This document shows, in pieces, positions 7,914 through 15,559 of a stretch of DNA of 58,404 nucleotides. The stretch spans positions 1 to 58,404 of the IMG/VR virus record IMGVR_UViG_3300003465_000373. The stretch is one strand, 5' to 3'. The stretch's first letter is position 1. Each line of letters begins with the position of its first letter. Both the position numbers and the translations under genes were made by a program. Origin of the DNA: a virus. Taxonomy: Duplodnaviria; Caudoviricetes. The notes under the pieces are model-generated. The model worked only from the letters and a program-made list of their open reading frames with translations, was not told the DNA's origin and did not search any database.

Positions 7914-8014
7914 GGTTGATTGTTTACGGCTTTTGCGGCTTGGGCTGCGGAGCCGGCTGCGGCGTATTCGTTGTGGACATGCCGCCTGGGAGCGATGGAC
8001 TCGGCTTACTCATC

Positions 8015-8413
8015 TCACTTCTCCTTGCAAATGTGGTCCACGATGATCTTCCACTCCTCCTCGGAGCAGAAGCGTCGGTGGGCCTGTTCCCAATACTTGA
8101 TCCTTTCCTCGACGGTCGTTTCATCCCAACAGTGCCGGCACAGGGCGTAGCAGCCTTGGCGGCGTTCGTTGAATGGCACCTTGCGTGGGGCCACGATGTT
8201 GAAAGTAGTGTCGCAGCGGTAGCAGGCTGCGTTCGCCGGATAGAGCCACCGGCTCACCGGGCCAATCCTGGGCTGGCTAGGCGTGCATTCCTTGGGCCTG
8301 ACTGGCGGTGTGGGCACATCCCGAAGCCCGTAGACGAAGTTCTGCATCACGAAACAGCCGCCGACTATGCCTAGAACAACTCCGAGGAAGAAATTGGCGT
8401 AGCCGTTATTCAT
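8015..8413 (-). CDS. membrane-anchored Cys-rich protein
   Basis: N-terminal TM helix, CYRC and CRHC motifs. Confidence 0.6.
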   Translation of the reverse strand: MNNGYANFFLGVVLGIVGGCFVMQNFVYGLRDVPTPPVRPKECTPSQPRIGPVSRWLYPANAACYRCDTTFNIVAPRKVPFNERRQGCYALCRHCWDETTVEERIKYWEQAHRRFCSEEEWKIIVDHICKEK

Positions 8414-8864
8414 GCTTCCTCGCCTGGACCTGGGTGATCTCATTCATGCCGTTGTAGGTGATGATGTAGTACATTCCCTTGGTTAGCGGCATCGAAGGCA
8501 CGCTGTTGAACTCCTTCTCCCGGCCGTCCTCAAAGACCACGATGCAAGTCTTGATCGTCTTGCGGCCAGGCTCAACTTGGACCTCGACCTTGTTGCCCTC
8601 TACCCTCTTGTTCTTCTTGATGTTCTTGGGATCAAGGTCTTGGACTTCCTTCTCGCCCATCTTGACCGTGGCAACCACGCCCTCGATGGTGTAGGACTCT
8701 TTACGCTTCTCCCTCTCGATCTTGGCCTGAGCCTCCATGAGCTTGATGGTGTTGTCCGTCATGTTGTTCATAACCCTTTCAGCCATCCACACTCCGCAGC
8801 CGCTAAGGTTTATTGCCAAGAGGGCTAGGAAAACCACGATCAACGTCTTCATTGTCTTCTCCAT
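8406..8864 (-). CDS. putative lipoprotein
   Basis: Signal peptide ending in the lipobox LSGC. Confidence 0.7.
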   Translation of the reverse strand: MEKTMKTLIVVFLALLAINLSGCGVWMAERVMNNMTDNTIKLMEAQAKIEREKRKESYTIEGVVATVKMGEKEVQDLDPKNIKKNKRVEGNKVEVQVEPGRKTIKTCIVVFEDGREKEFNSVPSMPLTKGMYYIITYNGMNEITQVQARKHE

Positions 8865-9256
8865 TACATCCAGAAGACTGACTCGCCCGTGGCCTTATCG
8901 ACCTCCCAATGGATGCCGAACTTCTGGAGGTCCGACACCATTGCGGAACGTGCTTTTCGCAGGGCGTCCATCATGTATTTGGCAAGCAGGTTGTCCTGCT
9001 GCTTGTAGTCCCCGATCTGCTGCGTCACCGTGCGGATCATGGTGATGAGATCATGAGGGTCGGCCTCGTACTTTTTGTCGGCAATCGTGATTTCCCGACG
9101 CCTGACACGCAGCACCGTGCCGCCTGCCGGCCTGGTCATCAGACCCTTCACCCCCATCATGTGCGGGGCAAGGTCGCCCTTCTTTTTGTCCGTCACGACC
9201 AAAGAATTCTCACTCCCCGCAGGCCGAAGCTCGCCCAAGGGCATTAGATCATTCAT
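8864..9256 (-). CDS. hypothetical protein
   Basis: 130-aa ORF coupled to the downstream gene; AAGGA RBS. Confidence 0.65.
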   Translation of the reverse strand: MNDLMPLGELRPAGSENSLVVTDKKKGDLAPHMMGVKGLMTRPAGGTVLRVRRREITIADKKYEADPHDLITMIRTVTQQIGDYKQQDNLLAKYMMDALRKARSAMVSDLQKFGIHWEVDKATGESVFWM

Positions 9257-9302
9257 TTGATTATCCTTATAGTTGCGGGAGTTATGTGATAAATGACACG
9301 AG

Positions 9303-9375
9303 AGCGGCTGATCGGACTCGAACCGACGACATTGACGTTGGCAACGTCACACTCTACCAACTGAGTTACAGCCGC
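9303..9375 (-). tRNA. tRNA-Gly(GCC)
   Basis: TGACG-TTGCCAA-CGTCA, U73. Confidence 0.93.
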
Positions 9376-9414
9376 AAACAACAGGGCTGCCGAAGCAACC
9401 CTTGACAATCCGTT

Positions 9415-9702
9415 TTACACTACTTTCGTCACCACATACTGATGGTTGTACGGGACTCCATTTGGCAATTCTTCCTTCGGCTTCAAAGCCTGTTCAGGCA
9501 TCTGTTCATATCGAAGTCGCAGAAGTCCCTTGGCGGCTTCGAGTGCATTGTCCGAGCTTTCCGACTGCTGCACCGGAACTTTCCAGTCCCCTGGGCGGCT
9601 GGTGTCCACAGTTGGATGACTCGGCCCCATCGCCACGATCACGCAAGCGATGAAGGTTTTGACTACGTTGTACAGCCCGAACAGGCGGTCATAGGTAGTC
9701 AT
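9415..9702 (-). CDS. hypothetical protein
   Basis: 95-aa ORF; TAGATA upstream. Confidence 0.5.
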   Translation of the reverse strand: MTTYDRLFGLYNVVKTFIACVIVAMGPSHPTVDTSRPGDWKVPVQQSESSDNALEAAKGLLRLRYEQMPEQALKPKEELPNGVPYNHQYVVTKVV

Positions 9703-9759
9703 GTCATAGTATCTATCGGCTCGCCGGGTCTTTTTCCTTAGTAAATCGGGAGTCCCAGC

Positions 9760-10572
9760 TTACCCGAAATCGTAGTAGGATTGTTCGGGGTAGTCGCAGT
9801 CGTTGTCACGGTCACGGCCGTAGGAGCGGCGGTGAGGACCGTGGAAGGTCGGCCTGGCCATAGGGATGATGTTGTCGTCCTTCTCGGCCTTCTCCTCTTG
9901 TGGCTTCTCAGGCTCCTTGGGAGGGGCGACCCGCTTGATTTCCAGGTCACGTTTCTTGCGGTAGTAGCCGCAGAAGTATTCCTTCTCGTTGCGGTTGTGC
10001 TGCCTGGTCCAATCCCGGATCACGTCGAAGTTCACGGCCACCGAAGACTGCAAGAAGTTGTACTCGCTCGTGTAGAGCATCAGTACGCCTTCCAGGTTCA
10101 AGTGCTTGTTCAGAAGGCAGAGTACGTCGTCCCACGGCTTGAACTTGATGGGGCTGTCCATCTGGAACAGCACCATCAGGCAGGTGATAACGTCGTACTT
10201 GCCGGTAGCACCCAATTCCGTGTGGAAGAAGATGCGGTCCTTGTCCTTGTTGTGCTTGCGGGCCTGTTGAATCGAGTAGTAGTCGATGTCCACGCCCACG
10301 ATCTCGGCGTCTGGGAACCGCTTGGCCAGGGCGAAGGCTTCTTCGCCCGTCGAACAGCCGAAGGACAAGACCCGCTTGGCGTCCGGTTGGAACTGCTTGG
10401 CACTGTCAAAGATGAGCGGGAACCGCTCAGGCTTGGTCATATGACTCATCTGGAGGTAGCCTTGGCTGTGCTGGCTGTAGTAGCCAGGCCCGTAATATGG
10501 AACCTTTTCCCCTGGGCGATATTGGGAATGTCCCGAGGGATACGCTTTTGGCTCTTTTGTTTCCACGACCAT
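9760..10572 (-). CDS. SAM-dependent methyltransferase (CheR-like motif)
   Basis: RVLSFGCSTGEE, EIVGVDID, YDVITCLMVL. Confidence 0.85.
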   Translation of the reverse strand: MVVETKEPKAYPSGHSQYRPGEKVPYYGPGYYSQHSQGYLQMSHMTKPERFPLIFDSAKQFQPDAKRVLSFGCSTGEEAFALAKRFPDAEIVGVDIDYYSIQQARKHNKDKDRIFFHTELGATGKYDVITCLMVLFQMDSPIKFKPWDDVLCLLNKHLNLEGVLMLYTSEYNFLQSSVAVNFDVIRDWTRQHNRNEKEYFCGYYRKKRDLEIKRVAPPKEPEKPQEEKAEKDDNIIPMARPTFHGPHRRSYGRDRDNDCDYPEQSYYDFG

Positions 10573-10616
10573 TGCTCCACCAGTGAGGAACTTCGTTTCG
10601 TACAAAAACAACCGAG

Positions 10617-10689
10617 AGCGGCTGACCGGACTTGAACCGGCAATATCTTGGTTGGGAACCAAGTGCATTGCCAATTATGCTACAGCCGC
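10617..10689 (-). tRNA. tRNA-Gly(CCC)
   Basis: CTTGG-TTCCCAA-CCAAG, U73. Confidence 0.92.
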
Positions 10690-10702
10690 ACAGCATGTTG
10701 GT

Positions 10703-10919
10703 GGCGGGAAAGAAGTCCACTTGTGGTTAACGGCCACTGGTTATCTTCTTTCCCGCCGTGTTTTGGAGGCGAGGCCGGTTGGGTTATGAGCCTCGGTCTG
10801 AACCGTTCACCGGCCCCGCCATGTGTGCCAAAAGTAGGCCCCAGAAGAAATGTACCTACCGTTGGCACGAGAAGTGTTTTCCTCGATCCTGCGTTGCAGC
10901 ACAAGACCGAATACTTCTC
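10703..10919 (-). ncRNA. four tandem rod-shaped small RNAs
   Basis: Hairpins at 10703-10757, 10768-10820, 10825-10868 and 10869-10919, each closed by a 7-13 bp stem. Confidence 0.6.
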
Positions 10920-10925
10920 ATTGAG

Positions 10926-10999
10926 TCGGAGAGGTAGGATTTGAACCTACGGCCTTGAGGTTATGAGCCTCACGAGCTACCAGACTGCTCCACTCTCCA
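10926..10999 (-). tRNA. tRNA-Met(CAT), initiator-like
   Basis: TGAGG-CTCATAA-CCTCA; TGGAGCAG..GGTAGCTCG D arm; non-WC 1:72 pair. Confidence 0.88.
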
Positions 11000-11042
11000 A
11001 TAACTACATCGGCTTCAAGCCGTTGCGACTTTAGGCCGTAAA

Positions 11043-11114
11043 TGTCACCGGTGAGAGTCGAACTCACATTACGGGCTTCGGAGGCCCGTGTCCTATCCAT
11101 TGAACGACGGTGGC
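11043..11114 (-). tRNA. tRNA-Arg(CCG)
   Basis: CGGGC-CTCCGAA-GCCCG. Confidence 0.92.
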
Positions 11115-11119
11115 AAAAG

Positions 11120-11192
11120 TACCGGCAGCGGGAGTCGAACCCGCATGGTCGTCTTTATGAGGGACGATGGAGAACCACTACTCCACACCGGC
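11120..11192 (-). tRNA. tRNA-Met/Ile2(CAT), short D arm
   Basis: CGTCC-CTCATAA-AGACG. Confidence 0.75.
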
Positions 11193-11201
11193 GTTTGTTT
11201 C

Positions 11202-11435
11202 TCAGTACCAGCACTCCGCAGGGAGCCGGTCTTCATCTTCGTCATCAGCGACTTGCTTATCGAGGTCAGGCCCGCCAGCAAGGCGTGCCGCCAACTTCCT
11301 TACCTCGTTGATGAGGAAGTTCGTCTCCTCGACGTGATGTCGCTCAAGGTCTTTGTATCGCTCTTCCCAACTCTTGTTGGGGTCCATCTTGTACCTGGGA
11401 ACCTCGATCCAGGCATATCCTATGTAGTCTTTCAT
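11202..11435 (-). CDS. hypothetical protein
   Basis: 77-aa ORF between tRNAs. Confidence 0.55.
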   Translation of the reverse strand: MKDYIGYAWIEVPRYKMDPNKSWEERYKDLERHHVEETNFLINEVRKLAARLAGGPDLDKQVADDEDEDRLPAECWY

Positions 11436-11440
11436 ATCAG

Positions 11441-11512
11441 TGGCCTGCCAGAGAGTTGAACTCTGTTCTCCTGGTTAAGAGCCAGGTACGTCACCACTTA
11501 CGCTTGCAGGCC
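11441..11512 (-). tRNA. tRNA-Lys(CTT)
   Basis: CCTGG-CTCTTAA-CCAGG. Confidence 0.85.
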
Positions 11513-11679
11513 ATTTTTGATCTTGTGGAACCTCTTCAGGATTTCCATACAGCGGTAGGGGTCTTTAACCCTTAACGTCGTCGTGTTCCCACAACTATAC
11601 TCCCGGTAGTTGCCGCCGAGTAGTTGTTTTTCGAGGGCCTCGATGATCCTTCGATACTGTGCTGTTTTCTTCATATAAG

Positions 11680-11752
11680 TACCCCGCCAGAGACTCGAAC
11701 TCTGACCCTACCCGTTAAAAGCGGGAAATGCTGCCTCTAACACCTGCGGGGC
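11680..11752 (-). tRNA. tRNA-Lys(TTT)
   Basis: CCCG-CTTTTAA-CGGG. Confidence 0.85.
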
Positions 11753-11807
11753 ATATCAACTTGTGTCTTGGTATGTTGGACGTTTATGTTTCATCGCTTG
11801 CTCCTTG

Positions 11808-12032
11808 TTAAAACTCTTCGATGGAGTCATCGAACTCGTAATCGGCTACGCCGTAGTCCAAGACCCACTGGTTGTGGTCGATTTCTTCTTCGCCATCACC
11901 GAAGTCTTCGGCACGAACAAGCTCCACGACCTCCACGAACTCGCCGGCCTCGTCGTCAAAGCCCAAGACGGGCTTGCTTCGTTCTTCCGGGGTCATCTGG
12001 GCAATCCGTTCCGCCAATTCGTCAAAAGTCAT
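11808..12032 (-). CDS. acidic hypothetical protein
   Basis: 74-aa ORF, ATGA overlap with the upstream gene. Confidence 0.6.
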   Translation of the reverse strand: MTFDELAERIAQMTPEERSKPVLGFDDEAGEFVEVVELVRAEDFGDGEEEIDHNQWVLDYGVADYEFDDSIEEF

Positions 12033-12302
12033 ACGACTTCTCCCTTGAGTAAGTTTCTGATCGCCTTGGCGATCAATTTGGCTTTCTTCGTCGCCGTCAG
12101 GCCGACGTAATCCTTGCCAGGTTCTCCTTCGAGGATGCTCATGATCTCGTTCGCCGTTCTAAAATAGCGAGTGAGATGTTCATTTCCGAGGGGAAACGAG
12201 TTGAACTCACAGTCCTTCTTCTGACAAAACCACTTGTGCAGCTTCTTGGCTACCTCACGGTTGTCATCCGCTCGCCTAATTCCTCGGGCCATCAAACACA
12301 TG
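12029..12302 (-). CDS. hypothetical protein
   Basis: ORF from MCLMARG with GGTGG upstream; start approximate. Confidence 0.55.
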
Positions 12303-12324
12303 AACACCACCTTTGTTAGAACAG

Positions 12325-12398
12325 AGCGGGATATGGGAGTCGAACCCATCTAAATCCTGCTTGGAAGGCAGGTGCAACAGCCGCAATGCGTATCCCGC
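12325..12398 (-). tRNA. tRNA-Gly(TCC)
   Basis: CCTGC-CTTCCAA-GCAGG, U73. Confidence 0.88.
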
Positions 12399-12403
12399 AA
12401 ATA

Positions 12404-12470
12404 TGTGCGACAAGAAAAAAGTAAGAGGTTCGATGATTAAAAGTCATGTACTCCTACAAACATCCGCACA
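12404..12470 (-). ncRNA. rod RNA capped by a tRNA-Lys(TTT) anticodon stem-loop
   Basis: TGTGCG/CGCACA closing stem, GTAGGAG/CTCTTAC mid stem, apical ATGA-CTTTTAA-TCAT. Confidence 0.65.
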
Positions 12471-12472
12471 AG

Positions 12473-12545
12473 TGCCTCGCCAGGGGATTGAACCCTGCAC
12501 GTCCAGGTTAAGAGCCTGGTGCCTCTCCATTGAAGCGTGCGAGGC
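12473..12545 (-). tRNA. tRNA-Lys(CTT)
   Basis: CCAGG-CTCTTAA-CCTGG. Confidence 0.85.
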
Positions 12546-12551
12546 GTTAAG

Positions 12552-12629
12552 TGGAACTGGCCGGACTCGAACCGAGCATTTTGCCCCTCTTAGGTGGGGT
12601 GGCTTTCTCCTGTTAAGCCTTACAGTCCC
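12552..12629 (-). ncRNA. non-canonical tRNA with Ala-type acceptor and ambiguous CTAA loop
   Basis: GGGACTG/CAGTTCC-A (G3:U70), 5-bp D stem, CCCC-ACCTAAGA-GGGG. Confidence 0.6.
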
Positions 12630-12634
12630 GAGAG

Positions 12635-12731
12635 CGGTGAGAGGTAGGAGTCGAACCTACATCCCCTGAGTTGGACCCCAGGTATCTTAGTCCATGCCAC
12701 CGTCCAAGGTGGACTTTTAGACGACCTCACC
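12635..12731 (-). ncRNA. Trp(CCA)-like tRNA with D-loop hairpin complementary to its anticodon loop
   Basis: D insert CCACC-TTGGAC-GGTGG; anticodon arm CCTGGG-GTCCAA-CTCAGG; normal T arm, G73. Confidence 0.75.
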
Positions 12732-12742
12732 AGAAGAACCAG

Positions 12743-12814
12743 TCGAGCCGGTTGGAATTGAACCAACTACCTACTCCTTATCAGAGAGACGTGCTACCGG
12801 TACACCACGGCTCG
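12743..12814 (-). tRNA. tRNA-Ile(GAT)
   Basis: Loop CTGATAA; cloverleaf. Confidence 0.82.
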
Positions 12815-12927
12815 ATGCGTGCCGGTCCTGGGGCATGGTAAACCTTACGGGCCGGCACACACATCTAATCATATAAATTTATTCTCCTCCCCTCGCCCAG
12901 ATGTGTGAGAAGGCTTAGTTCAGAGAG

Positions 12928-13001
12928 GGTGACTATCGGGAATCGAACCCGAACCTCCAGATTCACAGTCTGGCGTGAACAACCTTTACACCATAGCCAC
13001 C
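12928..13001 (-). tRNA. tRNA-His(GTG)
   Basis: CCAGA-CTGTGAA-TCTGG, G-1:C73. Confidence 0.92.
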
Positions 13002-13006
13002 ATCAG

Positions 13007-13228
13007 TCATCTGTCTTTCGGACAGACTTTCTTCAACGCCTTTTGGATGGCGTCAATCGCTTCGTGTGCGATCCAAATCTGTTCGTTGTGTGACTCCTCG
13101 CTCAACCCCATAGGGCAGTTGAGACTGTGGAGGCATTCACGCAACTCGTCCAACTTCTCGTCAATGAACAACACAGGATTATTCTTCACTGTCTTCCCTT
13201 TCGGGTAGTAATTCGTGACATAGTTCAT
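13007..13228 (-). CDS. hypothetical protein
   Basis: ORF from MNYVTNY. Confidence 0.5.
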   Translation of the reverse strand: MNYVTNYYPKGKTVKNNPVLFIDEKLDELRECLHSLNCPMGLSEESHNEQIWIAHEAIDAIQKALKKVCPKDR

Positions 13229-13266
13229 ATCGACTGTTGGGCCTCGTTTCTTCAATACTTTTTCAG

Positions 13267-13390
13267 TGCCCCTGGCGGGATTTGAACACCGCTCTAACGG
13301 CTTAACAGGCTGTAGTCCTTCGAGGGCATTCCAAGCGGACAAGAAGGTGAAAGACGTTTTTACGTCGTGCTTCCATTACACTACAGGAGC
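13267..13390 (-). ncRNA. tRNA-like RNA with ~50-nt insert between D arm and an Asn(GTT) anticodon arm
   Basis: GCTCCTG/CAGGGGC-A, D arm GTGT-AATGGAA-GCAC, extra hairpins, ACAGC-CTGTTAA-GCCGT, T arm. Confidence 0.7.
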
Positions 13391-13491
13391 GTTTTCCACG
13401 ACCAAATCGAAGAGAGTTTTCTCCCCCGTAAGTGGAGGAGTTCAGAGTCGAACTGAATAAACCATGTACTCCGCTTCAGCATTCGTAGAAG

Positions 13492-13562
13492 CTGTAGACC
13501 AGGGACTCGAACCCCAACTAAGACGTTCAGAGCGTCTCGTGCTGCCATTACACCAGTCTACA
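13492..13562 (-). tRNA. tRNA-Gln(CTG)
   Basis: AGACG-CTCTGAA-CGTCT, U1-A72, G73. Confidence 0.9.
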
Positions 13563-13573
13563 ATGTTTCAAAG

Positions 13574-13700
13574 TGCCAGGGGTAGGAGTCGAACCCACAT
13601 CGCCCGGCTTATAAGACCGGGGCTTTAGTTCACACAGTCCTGTCTAATGTGTGAGTGACAGCGTGCTATTCCGGCCCAATCCGGCTTAAGCTACCCTGGC
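13574..13700 (-). tRNA. tRNA-Ile(TAT) with ~55-nt structured D-loop insert
   Basis: CCGGT-CTTATAA-GCCGG; acceptor GCCAGGG/CCCTGGC-A; D stem encloses two hairpins. Confidence 0.78.
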
Positions 13701-13704
13701 GTAT

Positions 13705-13845
13705 TGGTTGCAGGAACCGGACAGCTACCCCGGTATCTCCCCCAATGTTCCATTGGCGTTCTGGCCTACGGCCGGGGGTATCCTTGCACCCCCATATGCT
13801 GGCGAGTAGGCCAGGTGGTGGAGGCGGCTTTTGAACGATCCTGCG
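13705..13845 (-). ncRNA. tRNA-like RNA with initiator-type acceptor end and encoded CCA
   Basis: C-GCAGGA...TCCTGC-A-A-CCA; internal 9-bp stem CTGGCCTAC/GTAGGCCAG; degenerate T loop. Confidence 0.6.
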
Positions 13846-13847
13846 AG

Positions 13848-13919
13848 CAGCCACGGAAGGACTCGAACCTTCATATCCTGCTTAACAGGCAGGCGAATTA
13901 CCAATTATTCGACACGGCT
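13848..13919 (-). tRNA. tRNA-Asn(GTT)
   Basis: CCTGC-CTGTTAA-GCAGG, G73. Confidence 0.88.
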
Positions 13920-13925
13920 AAAATG

Positions 13926-13999
13926 CTGCTGCGGGGGACTCGAACCACCTCCTGCTCCCTCAAATGGGAGCTATGCTGCCCATGATACACCACGCAACA
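13926..13999 (-). pseudogene. Gln(TTG)-like tRNA with 6-nt anticodon loop
   Basis: GCTCCC-ATTTGA-GGGAGC, U1-A72, imperfect T stem. Confidence 0.6.
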
Positions 14000-14056
14000 G
14001 TTTTGGACCATAACCGAATTGTCAAAGAACTTCCCACCCAGAGGGGGGTTGTCAAG

Positions 14057-14128
14057 TCTCGGAGGCAGGATTCGCACCTGCGACCTGGAACTTATGAGGC
14101 TCCCGAGCTACTGCTGCTCCACTCCGAA
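14057..14128 (-). tRNA. tRNA-Met(CAT)
   Basis: GGAGC-CTCATAA-GTTCC; T loop GTGCGAAT. Confidence 0.82.
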
Positions 14129-14130
14129 AG

Positions 14131-14205
14131 TCGGGATGGCAGGAGTTGAACCTGCGTTCTCCAGTATCCGAAACTGGCGACCACTCCAAGCTGGTCCACA
14201 TCCCG
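14131..14205 (-). tRNA. tRNA-Pro(CGG)
   Basis: CCAGT-TTCGGAT-ACTGG. Confidence 0.9.
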
Positions 14206-14264
14206 GTTTCTTCGGTTTTGGGATGCCGTGTTAAATCGGCAGAGAACCGTCGCCAAACTCTCAG

Positions 14265-14339
14265 TCGGGGGAGGAGGATTTGAACCTCCGTTCTTCTGCT
14301 TCCAAGGCAGACGACCACTCCAAGCTGGTCCACCCCCCG
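14265..14339 (-). tRNA. tRNA-Pro(TGG)
   Basis: TCTGC-CTTGGAA-GCAGA. Confidence 0.9.
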
Positions 14340-14608
14340 ATTACTTCTCCAAGTATTCCAACTCACACCAGGCGAAGCCCCAGCCATCCCAGAACAGGAG
14401 TGCCGTGCCGGCTTGCCAGTTAATCTCCTTTACCAAACCCGCCACGGTCGAAAACATCGGGTCTTCGTACTTCTTGTACTTCCAGAACTCACCGACCTTA
14501 ACTTCCATGATGGTCTACCTCGTGTAAACATCGCCAGTTGTGCTAAAGGACTTATGTGCTCTCCCGAGACTGAATCTGCCTTTTACACCAATACCTCTCT
14601 GGCCTAAG

Positions 14609-14679
14609 CAGGTCCGCAAGGATTTGAACCCTGACTGACAAGGTTGGAGCTTGTCGTGCTGCCGTTACACTACGGACCT
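14609..14679 (-). tRNA. tRNA-Trp(CCA)
   Basis: ACAAG-CTCCAAC-CTTGT, G73. Confidence 0.92.
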
Positions 14680-15024
14680 GTGTATTTCTTCCCAATGCAA
14701 CTTCTTGTGACAGTTAGAACACAAGATGATACACTTGGCTATTTCTTGAAGTATCCTTTCTCTGCTCCATCCATAGGACGCCACTTTGGAGAGTGCCCTA
14801 TCCTTATGACTTGGATCATCGTGGTGAAACTCCAAGCAGGCTTGGTGATCTTCACCGCATCGAGAACACTTCAACACTGACTTGTAGTCAGCGAGCCACT
14901 CTCGTAGCTCAGTTTTTCGTTCCTTGACCTTGCTTTTCGCTCGGTCCTTGTTATTGGCATACCACCGACGCCGATACTCACGGCATTTGTCGAGGTTCGC
15001 CTGTTTCCATTCTGCTGTAGCCAT
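14665..15024 (-). CDS. HNH endonuclease
   Basis: CSRC..DH..CLEFHH and KCIILCSNCH motifs; same family as 296-709. Confidence 0.82.
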   Translation of the reverse strand: MATAEWKQANLDKCREYRRRWYANNKDRAKSKVKERKTELREWLADYKSVLKCSRCGEDHQACLEFHHDDPSHKDRALSKVASYGWSRERILQEIAKCIILCSNCHKKLHWEEIHRSVV

Positions 15025-15166
15025 GCTCTAACATAGTCATGGACTCCAAAACCTCGTCAGCAGTTTGGAGCGGCCAGTGCTGGAACAACCGAGTCGTTTG
15101 CGTGGTTTCCAGTCCCCGTGAGGGGCCACTGACCCGGTGGGCTTTTGGCCCCCGACCGCATAAGTC

Positions 15167-15559
15167 TTATCCCTTCCCCTTTTCGGCACGATCCCGTGCC
15201 ATTTGTTCCCTCCGACGCTCGGCTGAGTGGCAGAAGGGGAAGCGTCTGCTACTCTTCCAAGTTGACTTGCTGCCGTAGCCCCAATTCTTCTTGGAGCGAT
15301 ACGACCGGGCGGCTCCGTCGAGGACATAGGGCGAGTCGTCCAATTCGACCCACAACTGGTGCCACTTCTGCCATTCCCGTCGTGTCCCCTCTGCGGGCCT
15401 GAATATCTCGTGGCCGTCGAGGTAGAACACGTCGCCTTCGAGCGTCAGTTCGCCTTCCAGCTTTGCTCGGCACATCCGCTCGAAGATTGCCTTCTTGCGG
15501 TCGGCCCCCTCAGCCTTGAAGATGCTGAACCGTTCCCTTCGGAACATTTTTGCCATCAT
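15167..15559 (-). CDS. hypothetical protein
   Basis: 130-aa ORF coupled to the upstream gene. Confidence 0.6.
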   Translation of the reverse strand: MMAKMFRRERFSIFKAEGADRKKAIFERMCRAKLEGELTLEGDVFYLDGHEIFRPAEGTRREWQKWHQLWVELDDSPYVLDGAARSYRSKKNWGYGSKSTWKSSRRFPFCHSAERRREQMARDRAEKGKG

